Below, one piece after another: positions 55,053-64,000 of a stretch of 64,000 nt of DNA. How positions within the stretch are numbered: the first letter of the stretch is position 1; each line of letters starts with the position of its first letter. The notes under the pieces were generated by a model. The model searched no databases, was not told where the DNA came from, and saw only the letters and a program-made list of their open reading frames with translations. Location: assembly GCA_964447105.1 (NCBI GenBank), contig CAYURH010000001.1, forward strand, positions 3,139-67,138, in the 5' to 3' direction. The stretch comes from an uncultured Candidatus Saccharibacteria bacterium (GTDB lineage Bacteria; Patescibacteriota; Saccharimonadia; Saccharimonadales; EFPC-124). The position numbers were made by a program, and so were the translations under genes.

Positions 55053-56439
55053 CGTTGCCTTCCATGCGAGCAGCCACTTGCAACAATTGCTTGTCGGCAC
55101 GCTGCGGGCCAATGAGCTGTACGCCAATTGGTAGGCCGTTCTTGTCTTTACCGCGCGGCACGCTCATAGCCGGCACGCCGACTAGGTTTACCGATACGGT
55201 CATAATGTCGGCGAGATACATCTGCAGTGGATCATCAGTATTTTCGCCCAGTTTAAATGCGGTCGATGGCGACACCGGCCCCAACAACAGATCGTGCGAT
55301 TCAAAAGCTTTGTTGAATTCATTAATCAGTTTGGTGCGCACCGTTTGCGCTTTGCGATAGTAAGCATCTATATAGCCGCTGCTCAAAACATACGTGCCAA
55401 TTAGGATACGGCGCTTGTTTTCGGCATTGAATATTTCACGAGTTTGACCATACAAATCTTGCAGCGTTGCAGCATCTTGGGCATTGGCGCCAAACTTGAC
55501 ACCATCGTAGCGCCCCAGGTTGGAGCTGACTTCGGCGGGCACCACAATATAGTAGACCGCCAATCCCAAATCAGCAGAGGGAATACTCACCTCTTCGACA
55601 GTGTGGCCTTGTTTTTTTAGACCCTCAGCATAGGCGAGCACTGCTTCGCGAATTTCGGGCTGCACAGCATCGGTCATATACTCTTTAACGATGCCAATTT
55701 TAAGCGGCGCATTACTTGGCTCTGCCATGTCGCCCGGCAGCGTTGTACTGTCAAGTTCGTCTTGGCCTGCCATGATCTCAAGTACCAGTGCTGCGTCCTC
55801 AGCCGTGCTCGCAAGCGGGCCAATCACATCTGTGCTACTTGCCATGGCCACCACACCGTAGCGCGACACGGTGCCATACGTGGGTTTAACCCCCACTACG
55901 CCACAATAGCTAGCCGGCAAACGAATCGAACCTCCCGTGTCGGTACCCAGGGCAAACGGCACTAGTTGTAGCGCTACGGCTGCTGCAGATCCACCAGACG
56001 AACCGCCAGGCACACGAGTTTTGTCATGCGGGTTTTTGGATGGGCCAAAATCACTGTTTTCGGTACTCGAACCGTGGGCAAAAGCATCGAGGTTGGCTTT
56101 GGCGACCATAATCGCGCCCTCAGCTTCTAGTTTTTCGATGGCAGTGGCTTGGTATGGTGCCTCAAATGGTTTCAAAATATTGCTCGCGGCAGTGGTTGTT
56201 GTACCCAATGTCAAAAAGTTGTCTTTGGCAATAAATGGCACCCCGGCGAGTTTGCCGACTGCTTCGCCCGCTTTCAATTGAGCGTCGATTGCATCGGCAC
56301 GCTGCAGGGCGCGTTCTCGTACTTCGCTAATTACCACGTTGTAATCACGAGTTTTTTCGATGGCTTCAAAAACACTCTCTACAATCGAACGTACAGATTC
56401 ACCGTTTTTGATTCGCGCCTGGATATCATGAATAGTCAT
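55042..56439 (-). CDS. gatA: glutamyl-tRNA(Gln) amidotransferase subunit A
   Basis: Amidase signature GGSSGGSAAAVA. Confidence 0.95.
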   Translation of the reverse strand: MTIHDIQARIKNGESVRSIVESVFEAIEKTRDYNVVISEVRERALQRADAIDAQLKAGEAVGKLAGVPFIAKDNFLTLGTTTTAASNILKPFEAPYQATAIEKLEAEGAIMVAKANLDAFAHGSSTENSDFGPSKNPHDKTRVPGGSSGGSAAAVALQLVPFALGTDTGGSIRLPASYCGVVGVKPTYGTVSRYGVVAMASSTDVIGPLASTAEDAALVLEIMAGQDELDSTTLPGDMAEPSNAPLKIGIVKEYMTDAVQPEIREAVLAYAEGLKKQGHTVEEVSIPSADLGLAVYYIVVPAEVSSNLGRYDGVKFGANAQDAATLQDLYGQTREIFNAENKRRILIGTYVLSSGYIDAYYRKAQTVRTKLINEFNKAFESHDLLLGPVSPSTAFKLGENTDDPLQMYLADIMTVSVNLVGVPAMSVPRGKDKNGLPIGVQLIGPQRADKQLLQVAARMEGNDGK

Positions 56440-56726
56440 TACAAAACTTTCGGTACCTCAATATAACCGTCGCGTTTGTGTGGAACATTGTGCATAAGCT
56501 CGTCGTGCGACACACCGTAGTCGACAATAGTATCAGCCCGCTTCACGTTTTGCAGGCCAGTTACCTGATACGTTGGCTCTAAACCAGTAGTATCCACAGC
56601 ATCAAGCTGCCGCACGTAGCCCAAAATTGTATCGAGCTCACGCGCCAGCTTTTCTACTTCTTGGTCGGTGACGGCGATTTTAGCCAAACTCGCCACATGA
56701 CGAATTTCATCAGTCGTAATACTCAT
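56439..56726 (-). CDS. gatC: glutamyl-tRNA(Gln) amidotransferase subunit C
   Basis: 95 aa. ATGA overlap with gatA. gatCAB order. Confidence 0.85.
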   Translation of the reverse strand: MSITTDEIRHVASLAKIAVTDQEVEKLARELDTILGYVRQLDAVDTTGLEPTYQVTGLQNVKRADTIVDYGVSHDELMHNVPHKRDGYIEVPKVL

Positions 56727-56751
56727 CTGTTAACAGTATACCTAACGGAGA

Positions 56752-57498
56752 CTAATACTTAAAGTAGTCTGGGTATGGCATGGGCGTAGGATCGCAACTG
56801 ATTGCCTGACACTGCACCGGCGGCGTTTGCCTAGCGTTGTGCGCCTGAGCAACACCGGTGACAAATAGCGTGATCGCCAACACCACTGCGAGTGCTGCGA
56901 GCAAAGCGTTAAAACGCTGCCCCACATCCACACCTTTGGCTAGTTTAAATAGATACCATTTGACACTCGCGAACACAGCAAACATGATGAGCGGTGGGAT
57001 GAAATCATTCAGATACAGTGCACCGTAATCAAACCCCGCCGCCGTACCAATCATAGCCAAACTCGTGAGCACGACTGCTGCCATGTTTATAAGTGACCCC
57101 AGTGCCACTAGCCCGGCCACGCCCATGGCTGCGTACAGAGGCACTTTGTACGCAAGGCGCCCGGCAAATTTGGGTCGTTTTGCCCATTCGCCGCGCGTGC
57201 GCGAATCTAATATCACAATCGCTGGCGCAATCACCACCAGTGCCGCCGCCATTGTCTGCAGCCACTGCACCGAAAAGCCTGACGAGTTAAACCCATAAGC
57301 GCTAAACACGTCCATCAGCGGCAAAGCGTTGTTGGCCCATACCGACATGCCCACCACCACCCCAACACTCATCAAGCCTGCGAGCACCAACACCAAGAAC
57401 AGATGCAACACATGCTCGAGTCCTAAAAAGCTAGTGCCGTTAAATTGACGTGCAGCATAGGCTCGCCCGTCTTCAGTGGTAACTGTTTTTTTGGCCAT
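56752..57498 (-). CDS. polytopic membrane protein, hypothetical
   Basis: Start at MAKKTVTTEDG, at least 6 TM helices. Confidence 0.45.
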   Translation of the reverse strand: MAKKTVTTEDGRAYAARQFNGTSFLGLEHVLHLFLVLVLAGLMSVGVVVGMSVWANNALPLMDVFSAYGFNSSGFSVQWLQTMAAALVVIAPAIVILDSRTRGEWAKRPKFAGRLAYKVPLYAAMGVAGLVALGSLINMAAVVLTSLAMIGTAAGFDYGALYLNDFIPPLIMFAVFASVKWYLFKLAKGVDVGQRFNALLAALAVVLAITLFVTGVAQAHNARQTPPVQCQAISCDPTPMPYPDYFKY

Positions 57499-57614
57499 AG
57501 TGACCCCCCTTAATGGTGCAAGTATAGCACCCAGCGCGACAATCCAATACTTGCATAGGAATGATTTCGATGTTATATATGTTATTACATGCAAGATTAA
57601 CCCGGGAGGGCAAA

Positions 57615-58091
57615 TTGTCTTCGTATGCACAATTCCTGCGTGTAGATGTCGCCCCCTACAGCGAGAGGATTCGTGAGGCGGTTCTGGCGGCTGTTGAGCT
57701 ACACTCGCCTCTGATCCCCGCGATTCCCGTGTCCGTGTGGGCCGAACGTCTGACGGGGCTTTACAACTCGTCAGCCGACGACAACATCTTGGCTACGGCT
57801 CTGGGCTGGGCCCGGCAGGTCGTCGAAGACGGCGTGCATGACCTGACCAGCCGCTACCTCAGCGAAGAAGCAACACCCCATCTCAGACGGCTGTTCGCCA
57901 ACGCCGTTTACACGGGCGTAGTGGGGCCAACCCTGCGCGCGCCCGCCCAGAAACGCGCTGAACACATCTGCGCCGATCTGCACGCGGCCCTGATGCAGCG
58001 GGTCACCGCCGGCCACGTCGAAGACCTGCCGGCCGCACGCCTGGACATGCAACGGCTGCTGGACCAGGCAATCCGCGACCACCAGCCCTGA
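57615..58091 (+). CDS. high-GC hypothetical protein (TTG start after GGGAGGG RBS)
   Basis: Promoter TTGCAT-17 nt-TATATA upstream. GC3-rich. Confidence 0.4.
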   Translation: MSSYAQFLRVDVAPYSERIREAVLAAVELHSPLIPAIPVSVWAERLTGLYNSSADDNILATALGWARQVVEDGVHDLTSRYLSEEATPHLRRLFANAVYTGVVGPTLRAPAQKRAEHICADLHAALMQRVTAGHVEDLPAARLDMQRLLDQAIRDHQP

Positions 58092-58191
58092 CCACCAACG
58101 GGGGCGGCTACCGCAGCGCCCCCACACAATACACTTATATACGTTTGAGGACTAAAAAGAAATAACGATTCCGACCCGGCTCTAAAACCGG

Positions 58192-60159
58192 TTAATTTTT
58201 GGCCTTTAGGTTGGCAATGAGATCGCGCAGCTCAGCTGCGGCTTCGAACTGCAAGTTGGCGGCGGCCAAATCCATTTCGGCCGTCAGATCTTTGATGACA
58301 CGAGGAATTTCGCTGTCGGGGATTTTGTTCATGTCGCGTTTGGCCAGCTGAGCTTCTTTGGGGATGATAGCGCGCAAGCCTTCGTCGATTTCTTTGTTTA
58401 CGCCGGTTGGCGTAATGCCATGTTTGGTGTTGTACGCTTCTTGAATACTGCGACGCCGCGTTGTTTCGTCGATGGCAAATTGCATGCTTTTGGTGATGAC
58501 GTCGCCATACATAATCACATGCCCATCTATGTGGCGGGCGGCGCGACCTACGGTTTGGATCAATGCCGACGCGCTGCGCAAGAAACCTTCTTTGTCGGCA
58601 TCAACAATAGCCACCAAACTAACTTCGGGTAGGTCTAGGCCTTCGCGCAGCAGGTTGATACCCACCAGCACATCGTACACACCCAGGCGCAGATCGCGCA
58701 AAATATCGGTGCGCTCCAATGTGTCTACGTCGGAATGCAAATAGGCTGTTTTAATGTTTAGGTCGGTCAAATAATCTGTTAAATCCTCGGCCATGCGCTT
58801 AGTAAGCGTGGTTACGAGTACACGCTGGTTTTTGGCAGTTGTTTCTTTGATTTCAGCAATCAGATCATCGATCTGCCCAGCAGTTGGCCGCACTTCGATG
58901 GGTGGATCAAGCAAGCCAGTTGGGCGAATCACCTGCTGCACAGGCGTCGGGCTGTGGCTGAGTTCATATTCGCCGGGCGTGGCACTCACATATACAGTTT
59001 GGTTGATGTGACGTTCGAATTCGGTAAACGTGAGTGGTCGGTTGTCGAGCGCGCTGGGCAGGCGAAAGCCGTAATCCACCAGCACTTCTTTGCGCGCGCG
59101 GTCGCCATTGTACATGCCGCGCACCTGCGGGATGGTCATATGTGATTCGTCGATAAACATCAAAAAGTCGTCGGGGAAATAATCCATGAGTGTGGCCGGT
59201 TGTTCGCCGGGCGCGCGGTTGGTCAGATATCGACTGTAGTTTTCGATGCCTTTTACAAATCCAGTTTCTTCCAACATTTCTAGGTCGAATTTGGTACGTT
59301 GCGCCAGGCGCTGGGCTTCGAGCAGCTTATTGTGTTTTTCAAACCACTTTACTCGCGCTTCGGATTCTTGGCGGATGTTACCAATGGCCACCTGCAGCTT
59401 TTCGCGTGGCGTCACGTAGTGGCTACCCGGGAATATGGTGACAGTGTTTACTTCTTTGATAATTTCGCCAGTCAGTGGATCGATGTTGGTAATGCGCTCA
59501 ACGTCGTCGCCAAAAAATTCTATGCGATACGCCGTCTCACCACCAGCCGGATATACATCTACCACATCACCACGCACACGGAATGTGCTGCGATGGAAAT
59601 CGATATCATTGCGCTGGTATTGTATGTCGCTGAGGTGTCGCAGCATTTTATCTTGCTGGCGACGCTCACCTTTGGTAACAGTGAGGCTCATGGCGCCATA
59701 ATCATCGCGCGAACCAATACCGTAGATACAGCTCACACTAGCCACAATGAGTGTGTCGCGACGGGTCAGCAGCGCGCTGGTAGCGGCGTGACGCAGGCGG
59801 TCGATTTCTTCGTTGATCTGGCTGTCTTTTTCGATGTACACGTCCGAACTGGGCACATACGCTTCAGGCTGATAGTAGTCGAAGTAGCTGACAAAATAAT
59901 GCACTTCGGCGTCGGGGAAAAATTGTTTAAATTCGCTATACAACTGCGCGGCCAATGTCTTGTTGTGACACAACACCAGCGTGGGCACTTGGCGGCTGTA
60001 CACGATATTGGCCATGGTGAATGTTTTGCCCGAACCAGTCACGCCGAGCAACGTTTGTTCTTTTTGATTATTTTTGAGGCCATCAACAAGCTGGGCGATA
60101 GCAGTGGGCTGATCGCCAGTGGGTTGGTACTGGGTGACTAACTTGAACCGATCGGGCAT
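58192..60159 (-). CDS. uvrB: excinuclease ABC subunit B
   Basis: 655 aa with helicase motifs, a beta-hairpin, and a C-terminal UvrB/UvrC interaction motif. Confidence 0.95.
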   Translation of the reverse strand: MPDRFKLVTQYQPTGDQPTAIAQLVDGLKNNQKEQTLLGVTGSGKTFTMANIVYSRQVPTLVLCHNKTLAAQLYSEFKQFFPDAEVHYFVSYFDYYQPEAYVPSSDVYIEKDSQINEEIDRLRHAATSALLTRRDTLIVASVSCIYGIGSRDDYGAMSLTVTKGERRQQDKMLRHLSDIQYQRNDIDFHRSTFRVRGDVVDVYPAGGETAYRIEFFGDDVERITNIDPLTGEIIKEVNTVTIFPGSHYVTPREKLQVAIGNIRQESEARVKWFEKHNKLLEAQRLAQRTKFDLEMLEETGFVKGIENYSRYLTNRAPGEQPATLMDYFPDDFLMFIDESHMTIPQVRGMYNGDRARKEVLVDYGFRLPSALDNRPLTFTEFERHINQTVYVSATPGEYELSHSPTPVQQVIRPTGLLDPPIEVRPTAGQIDDLIAEIKETTAKNQRVLVTTLTKRMAEDLTDYLTDLNIKTAYLHSDVDTLERTDILRDLRLGVYDVLVGINLLREGLDLPEVSLVAIVDADKEGFLRSASALIQTVGRAARHIDGHVIMYGDVITKSMQFAIDETTRRRSIQEAYNTKHGITPTGVNKEIDEGLRAIIPKEAQLAKRDMNKIPDSEIPRVIKDLTAEMDLAAANLQFEAAAELRDLIANLKAKN

Positions 60160-60261
60160 CTATTTTATTGTAGCAAATTACCACTCATTGACCAAAGAGT
60201 ATTATTATACTATAATTTGCATCTGGCACATTCAGGCACACAAGCAGGAACGAGAGAACGC

Positions 60262-60705
60262 ATGCGTAGATTCCTTTTGGTCTTCGTCGTTTTGGCAGGT
60301 CTCGGCGGGTTCATCTTCAGCACCCACCTCTACGAGGAGTCGCCTTTCACGACGCGGGGGACTGAGGCGCCGCAGCAGCAAGCGCCGAAGCCCGCGCCCG
60401 GCAAAGACATGGCGACGCTGGTACGCGACCAAGGGTGGCCGGCAGAAGCCGGCTACACCGTCGACAAGTCCGGCGGCGACACGTTCACCCTGCACCTCAG
60501 CAGGCTGCAGTGTCACGCCGTGCTCAAGCGGGTCGGAAGTGACGGCTTCCAGATTGTTGGCTTGTACGCCAACGACAACAGCGACAACCTGACGATCAAC
60601 GAACTTCCGCCGTCGATCAAGGCTGACCTGACCCAGGTCAACCTGAGCTTCGACGGATACGGCAAGCTGCGGCCCAAGATCCTGGCCGGAGTCAAGTTCT
60701 GCTAG
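60262..60705 (+). CDS. high-GC hypothetical membrane-anchored/secreted protein
   Basis: MRRFLLVFVVLAGLGGFIFS anchor. Consensus promoter TTGACC-17 nt-TATAAT at about 60188-60216. Confidence 0.45.
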   Translation: MRRFLLVFVVLAGLGGFIFSTHLYEESPFTTRGTEAPQQQAPKPAPGKDMATLVRDQGWPAEAGYTVDKSGGDTFTLHLSRLQCHAVLKRVGSDGFQIVGLYANDNSDNLTINELPPSIKADLTQVNLSFDGYGKLRPKILAGVKFC

Positions 60706-60819
60706 CCGTCACGCGCCACCCGGGCGGCCCACCTCGTGTGGGCCGCCCGAGCAAAAATTCAAGCAATTATTTATCAACATAGTAGGGCTACTTGCACGCA
60801 GCCCTACTATGCTCATGTG

Positions 60820-61422
60820 TTACGGCTTCGCCGGTGAACAGAAGCTCAGCTTGCCGTAATCCACGTTGTGCGGATCATCGGCCGCGCTGGCGATGCGCTC
60901 TTCCAAGACGGCGCGACTGATGCCGACTTTGGAAAACGACGGATCGAGGTTGGTCGCCATGGTCACGCCCGTGGGCGTGAGTTGCGGCAGTGCTGGCGTA
61001 TCGCCCGGCGCGATGTACATCAGGCGATAGGACCACTCGCTCAGATCGCCCGGGCGTGGACTGTCGTCATTCACCACTGGGCTGTGCGGAGCTGCCTTGG
61101 TAACCAACTGGAAGACCACGTAGCAAGGCCGCTTGTTGTTGTCGAGTGCCAGCATGTACGTCTTACCGCCGGGCACGTCGTACGTAGCCGACACCGACTT
61201 GGCCGCGCCCAGCGCCGGGGCAGCATGTAGCCTCCACTGGTCGGTGAGCTGGCCAGTTCCGAGCATCCGCGTATACGCTTCGTCACGCGTCTTGCCAGCG
61301 TCACGAGATGCGGCAGCCGACGCCGACACCTTTTGCTCCGGTGTTTTCGGCGGCGGGCTGATGCAGCCAGCGGTCGCACCCAGCACTACAGCCAGGCACA
61401 CCCCTGTCAACAGTTTTCTCAA
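60820..61422 (-). CDS. high-GC lipoprotein, paralog 1 (TTG start)
   Basis: Lipobox LGATAG|C, GAGGGAG RBS, promoter TTGACA-19 nt-TAATAT. About 55% identical in pattern to paralog 2. Confidence 0.55.
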   Translation of the reverse strand: MRKLLTGVCLAVVLGATAGCISPPPKTPEQKVSASAAASRDAGKTRDEAYTRMLGTGQLTDQWRLHAAPALGAAKSVSATYDVPGGKTYMLALDNNKRPCYVVFQLVTKAAPHSPVVNDDSPRPGDLSEWSYRLMYIAPGDTPALPQLTPTGVTMATNLDPSFSKVGISRAVLEERIASAADDPHNVDYGKLSFCSPAKP

Positions 61423-61580
61423 GTAACTCGCTCCCTCGCGAATCGAAGTGATGTTTGCCAAACATATTATTGTTTTAATAAAGTAGGTTGTCAATAAAAT
61501 CTGCGCCCATTAAAAAATCCCCGCTTTAGCGAGGACACGGGTGGGGCAGCTTGCGCAACCCCACCCGCGATTGGTACGAC

Positions 61581-62183
61581 CTACTTCGGAGCGCAGAAGC
61601 TCAGCCGATTGTGGTCGGCATCACTCTCGTTGTCGGCGGCGTCGGCGATGAGCTTCTCCAGCGCGCCACGGCTGATGCCAGGCGCCGAGAACTCGGGCTT
61701 CAGCTCGCCAACCGGCACTGCGCCGATCGGCGCCTGCTGCGGCTTCAGTGGCGTGCCGCCACGAGCGATGTACGCCAGGCGGTACGTCCACTTGCTGGCG
61801 ATCTCGGGCTTCGGGCTCGTGTCCGTGACCACGGGATTATCCGGGAACTCTTTGGACACCAGCCGGATGACCGCATAGCAGTTGCGCTCATTGTTCCCGA
61901 GCGACAGCATGTAGACTTTGCCGCCGTCCACGTCGAACACTGCCGATTCCATGGCGACGGACTTGCCCAGGCCACCGGGGTGATCGCCCCAGTTCAGGGT
62001 AAGCTTGCTTCCGCCGAGCAGCTTGAGGTACTTGCTGTCCCTCTCCTTGCTCGCCTCCTTGGACGCAGCAGCCGACGCCGACGCCTTCTGCTCGGGCGTT
62101 TTCGGCCCACCGCAGCCGCTCACACCGGCCGACCCCAGCGCCAAAACGCCGAGAATTGCCAGGCTTGCGAAAATTCTCCTCAA
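61581..62183 (-). CDS. high-GC lipoprotein, paralog 2 (TTG start)
   Basis: Lipobox AGVSG|C, AAGGAG RBS, and the same promoter layout. Shared blocks KTPEQKxSASAAAS, YMLxLxNN.RxCY, and LSFCxP. Confidence 0.55.
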   Translation of the reverse strand: MRRIFASLAILGVLALGSAGVSGCGGPKTPEQKASASAAASKEASKERDSKYLKLLGGSKLTLNWGDHPGGLGKSVAMESAVFDVDGGKVYMLSLGNNERNCYAVIRLVSKEFPDNPVVTDTSPKPEIASKWTYRLAYIARGGTPLKPQQAPIGAVPVGELKPEFSAPGISRGALEKLIADAADNESDADHNRLSFCAPK

Positions 62184-62253
62184 AGACCCGCTCCTTCGCG
62201 AATCGTAGGTGCAGTTGCCTGAATATTATTACTTTAAACGCTCAGACTGTCAA

Positions 62254-62856
62254 TTAGCCCAAGCCGCCCACTTTGGGACGCTTTTCGAGACTTTTAATTT
62301 CTTTGCGGAAATCAGCGTATTTTTCGTCAAGATATTCTATGACACGATCCACGATGCGTTGCGGATCCGTGTCGTATACAATCTTGCTACCCGGTGGCGG
62401 CGGAATGCGATCTAAAATAGTAGGGATAAAATCAGCCAGCCCTCCACTGCCAAGCAACACAGCACAAAATTTGTGGCTCTCGAGCGCTGTAGAAAATTCG
62501 TGCAGGCTACCAGGACCACCACCCACTGTGATAAGGGCATCGCTGGAGCGCACCAAATACACATCACGCCCCACATAATCCATGTTGGTGAAGTTAATGT
62601 AGTCGAATTCTTTCACCGGCAAACGGTACGATTTGAGATGCGACCGCAACCCATCTGCCGGCGAAAAACCAATCGACAATCCGCCGTGGTCTTTGGCTCC
62701 GCGTGCCGCGAATTGCGGAAGCCCGATAGTGGCGCCGGTGGTGAGAGTGTGGCCGGTTTTGGCAATTGCCGCCCCTACTTCATAGGCAAGTTGGTGAGAT
62801 AGTTCGACACTGGTGCCAGCATGTGCACCGGAAACGCAAATCTGATATTGACTCAT
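62254..62856 (-). CDS. LOG family / TIGR00725 Rossmann-fold nucleotide-binding protein
   Basis: GGGPGSLHE matches the LOG PGGxGTxxE motif. Confidence 0.65.
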   Translation of the reverse strand: MSQYQICVSGAHAGTSVELSHQLAYEVGAAIAKTGHTLTTGATIGLPQFAARGAKDHGGLSIGFSPADGLRSHLKSYRLPVKEFDYINFTNMDYVGRDVYLVRSSDALITVGGGPGSLHEFSTALESHKFCAVLLGSGGLADFIPTILDRIPPPPGSKIVYDTDPQRIVDRVIEYLDEKYADFRKEIKSLEKRPKVGGLG

Positions 62857-62941
62857 ATATAGAAAGTATAAAAGCTTATGGTTCTATTAAGCAAGTCGAG
62901 TAAGTGCAGACAGACGGGCAACTTTATGGTATGGTAACAGC

Positions 62942-63175
62942 ATGTCAGAAACCGCACCCCTCGATACGTCGGGGGTCAGCACTGCCACAGGCACACTGAG
63001 CATACAGAGCGGCCTGATCGCCCTCAGCAGTGGACTCGTCCCTGCCGGTCAGTGGTTCCGCGCCGACAACGACACGGTCATGCAGGTCGCTCAGATGCTG
63101 CGAGGCCATAAGGCAACCGTTACGTACCGCACCGAGGGCCGCAACAAGGTGGCCGTCGGCATCGAAGCTGCCTAG
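62942..63175 (+). CDS. high-GC small hypothetical protein
   Basis: 77-aa ORF with GC-rich codons. Confidence 0.3.
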   Translation: MSETAPLDTSGVSTATGTLSIQSGLIALSSGLVPAGQWFRADNDTVMQVAQMLRGHKATVTYRTEGRNKVAVGIEAA

Positions 63176-63204
63176 GCGATCATCGGCACACGCAAACATC
63201 ACAG

Positions 63205-63429
63205 TTGGGCAACGCTATGCCTGAAGAGACGGCGTACGAAGGCGTGGTTGACTGGGCGAGTGGGATAAGCATGTCGATCCGGCTCGACGGCGACTCGTTC
63301 TTGTCGAGATTTGACATCAACGATGTCTACGTTGGAGCCCAGGCAGCCGGCACACGCGGCCGACGAGTAAGAATCACCTGCGTCGCAGACGAAGGTGGCG
63401 AGCGCATCACTAAAGTCGAATGCCTCTAG
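63205..63429 (+). CDS. high-GC small hypothetical protein
   Basis: 74-aa ORF with GC-rich codons. Confidence 0.3.
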   Translation: MGNAMPEETAYEGVVDWASGISMSIRLDGDSFLSRFDINDVYVGAQAAGTRGRRVRITCVADEGGERITKVECL

Positions 63430-63465
63430 CAGTGTGGGGCCGCAAGCCCGGCCCCACACTCCAAT

Positions 63466-63996
63466 CTACCCCAAGCGCTCCGGTGCGATCATGTCATTAT
63501 CTAACTGTTTCAACACCTGGTCTTGCAATATTTTCTGCCCTAGGTAGCGCATAAATATCTCATTCCATAGACTTTCACGGAAATGATAGATGGTGCGCAT
63601 TTTATACGGCGTTTTGTTACAGTAACTCGCCGCCACGTCCATCATGTTAAATGTGGTTGGTCGGCCATCGTGCATGAGCGCCACATAGTCGAGATCACGC
63701 CAAAATTCTAGTTCGGGGTCGATCATATACAGTACTTCTTCGGCCTTGCGCCAATGTAAATCCTCTGGCTGAACATGCGGTTCGAAAATCTCGGGGTGTG
63801 ATTCGTTTTCTAATTTGCCAAAATAGCGCTGGATCACCCGCCAATGAATATGCTGGCCAGCCATAATGGGGCCCAGGTCTGGATCGGCGATGAGTGTGTC
63901 CACCACGATTTTGCCAAAATCTTTTTTGACCTGCTGCATTTTGAAATACGCGCTATACAACCGAATTTCGTTGGTGTAGTGAAACAGCAATGACAT
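63466..63996 (-). CDS. hypothetical protein
   Basis: 176 aa, backbone-like GC, no recognised family. Confidence 0.4.
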   Translation of the reverse strand: MSLLFHYTNEIRLYSAYFKMQQVKKDFGKIVVDTLIADPDLGPIMAGQHIHWRVIQRYFGKLENESHPEIFEPHVQPEDLHWRKAEEVLYMIDPELEFWRDLDYVALMHDGRPTTFNMMDVAASYCNKTPYKMRTIYHFRESLWNEIFMRYLGQKILQDQVLKQLDNDMIAPERLG

Positions 63997-64000
63997 AGCC

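Noticed and set aside
1-64000. CRISPR arrays, rRNA genes, and transposase or integrase genes
   Set aside because: No regularly spaced direct repeats, no rRNA-like sequence, and no recombinase-like ORF were seen anywhere in the window. The only repeats are the tRNA-Leu-associated copies and the duplicated lipoprotein locus.

Overview
This 64-kb window is chromosomal DNA from a small-genome bacterium. Its backbone has roughly 50% GC and carries core housekeeping genes: tig (partial), hisS, ECF sigma factor/anti-sigma factor, rsmD, recG, tyrS, PBP1A, radA, clpC, nusA, rnhB, rplS, a pilB/gspE-type ATPase, dnaE, gatCAB and uvrB. The gene content and the many high-GC insertions with Actinobacteria-like codon usage are compatible with an actinobacteria-associated epibiont lineage such as Saccharibacteria, but that lineage assignment is only a low-confidence inference. 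Visibly GC-rich genes of unknown function are scattered among the housekeeping genes. Most of them have consensus AT-rich sigma-70 promoters and GC-rich hairpin terminators. The most striking case is a roughly 4.7-kb high-GC insertion that splits the conserved clpC-radA-PIN/TRAM(yacL-like) neighbourhood. It encodes four similarly built N-terminally membrane-anchored proteins and a membrane-anchored HExxH coiled-coil protein. Further notable features: a tRNA-Leu(UAG) locus with degenerate tRNA 3'-end copies, an array of about 85-bp conserved repeats and a 30-bp direct repeat pair flanking single-gene cassettes with no integrase; a cytochrome P450-MarR-SnoaL-like cyclase-DUF1761 operon; a perfect CIRCE (HrcA operator) upstream of clpC; a Doc (Fic-family) toxin preceded by a 42-aa basic mini-ORF and co-operonic with a TrmH-family methyltransferase; and tandem duplicated lipoprotein genes with duplicated promoters. 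Where my manual indexing and the ORF track disagreed, I followed the ORF track. My manual indexing of motifs may be off by 1 nt in places.
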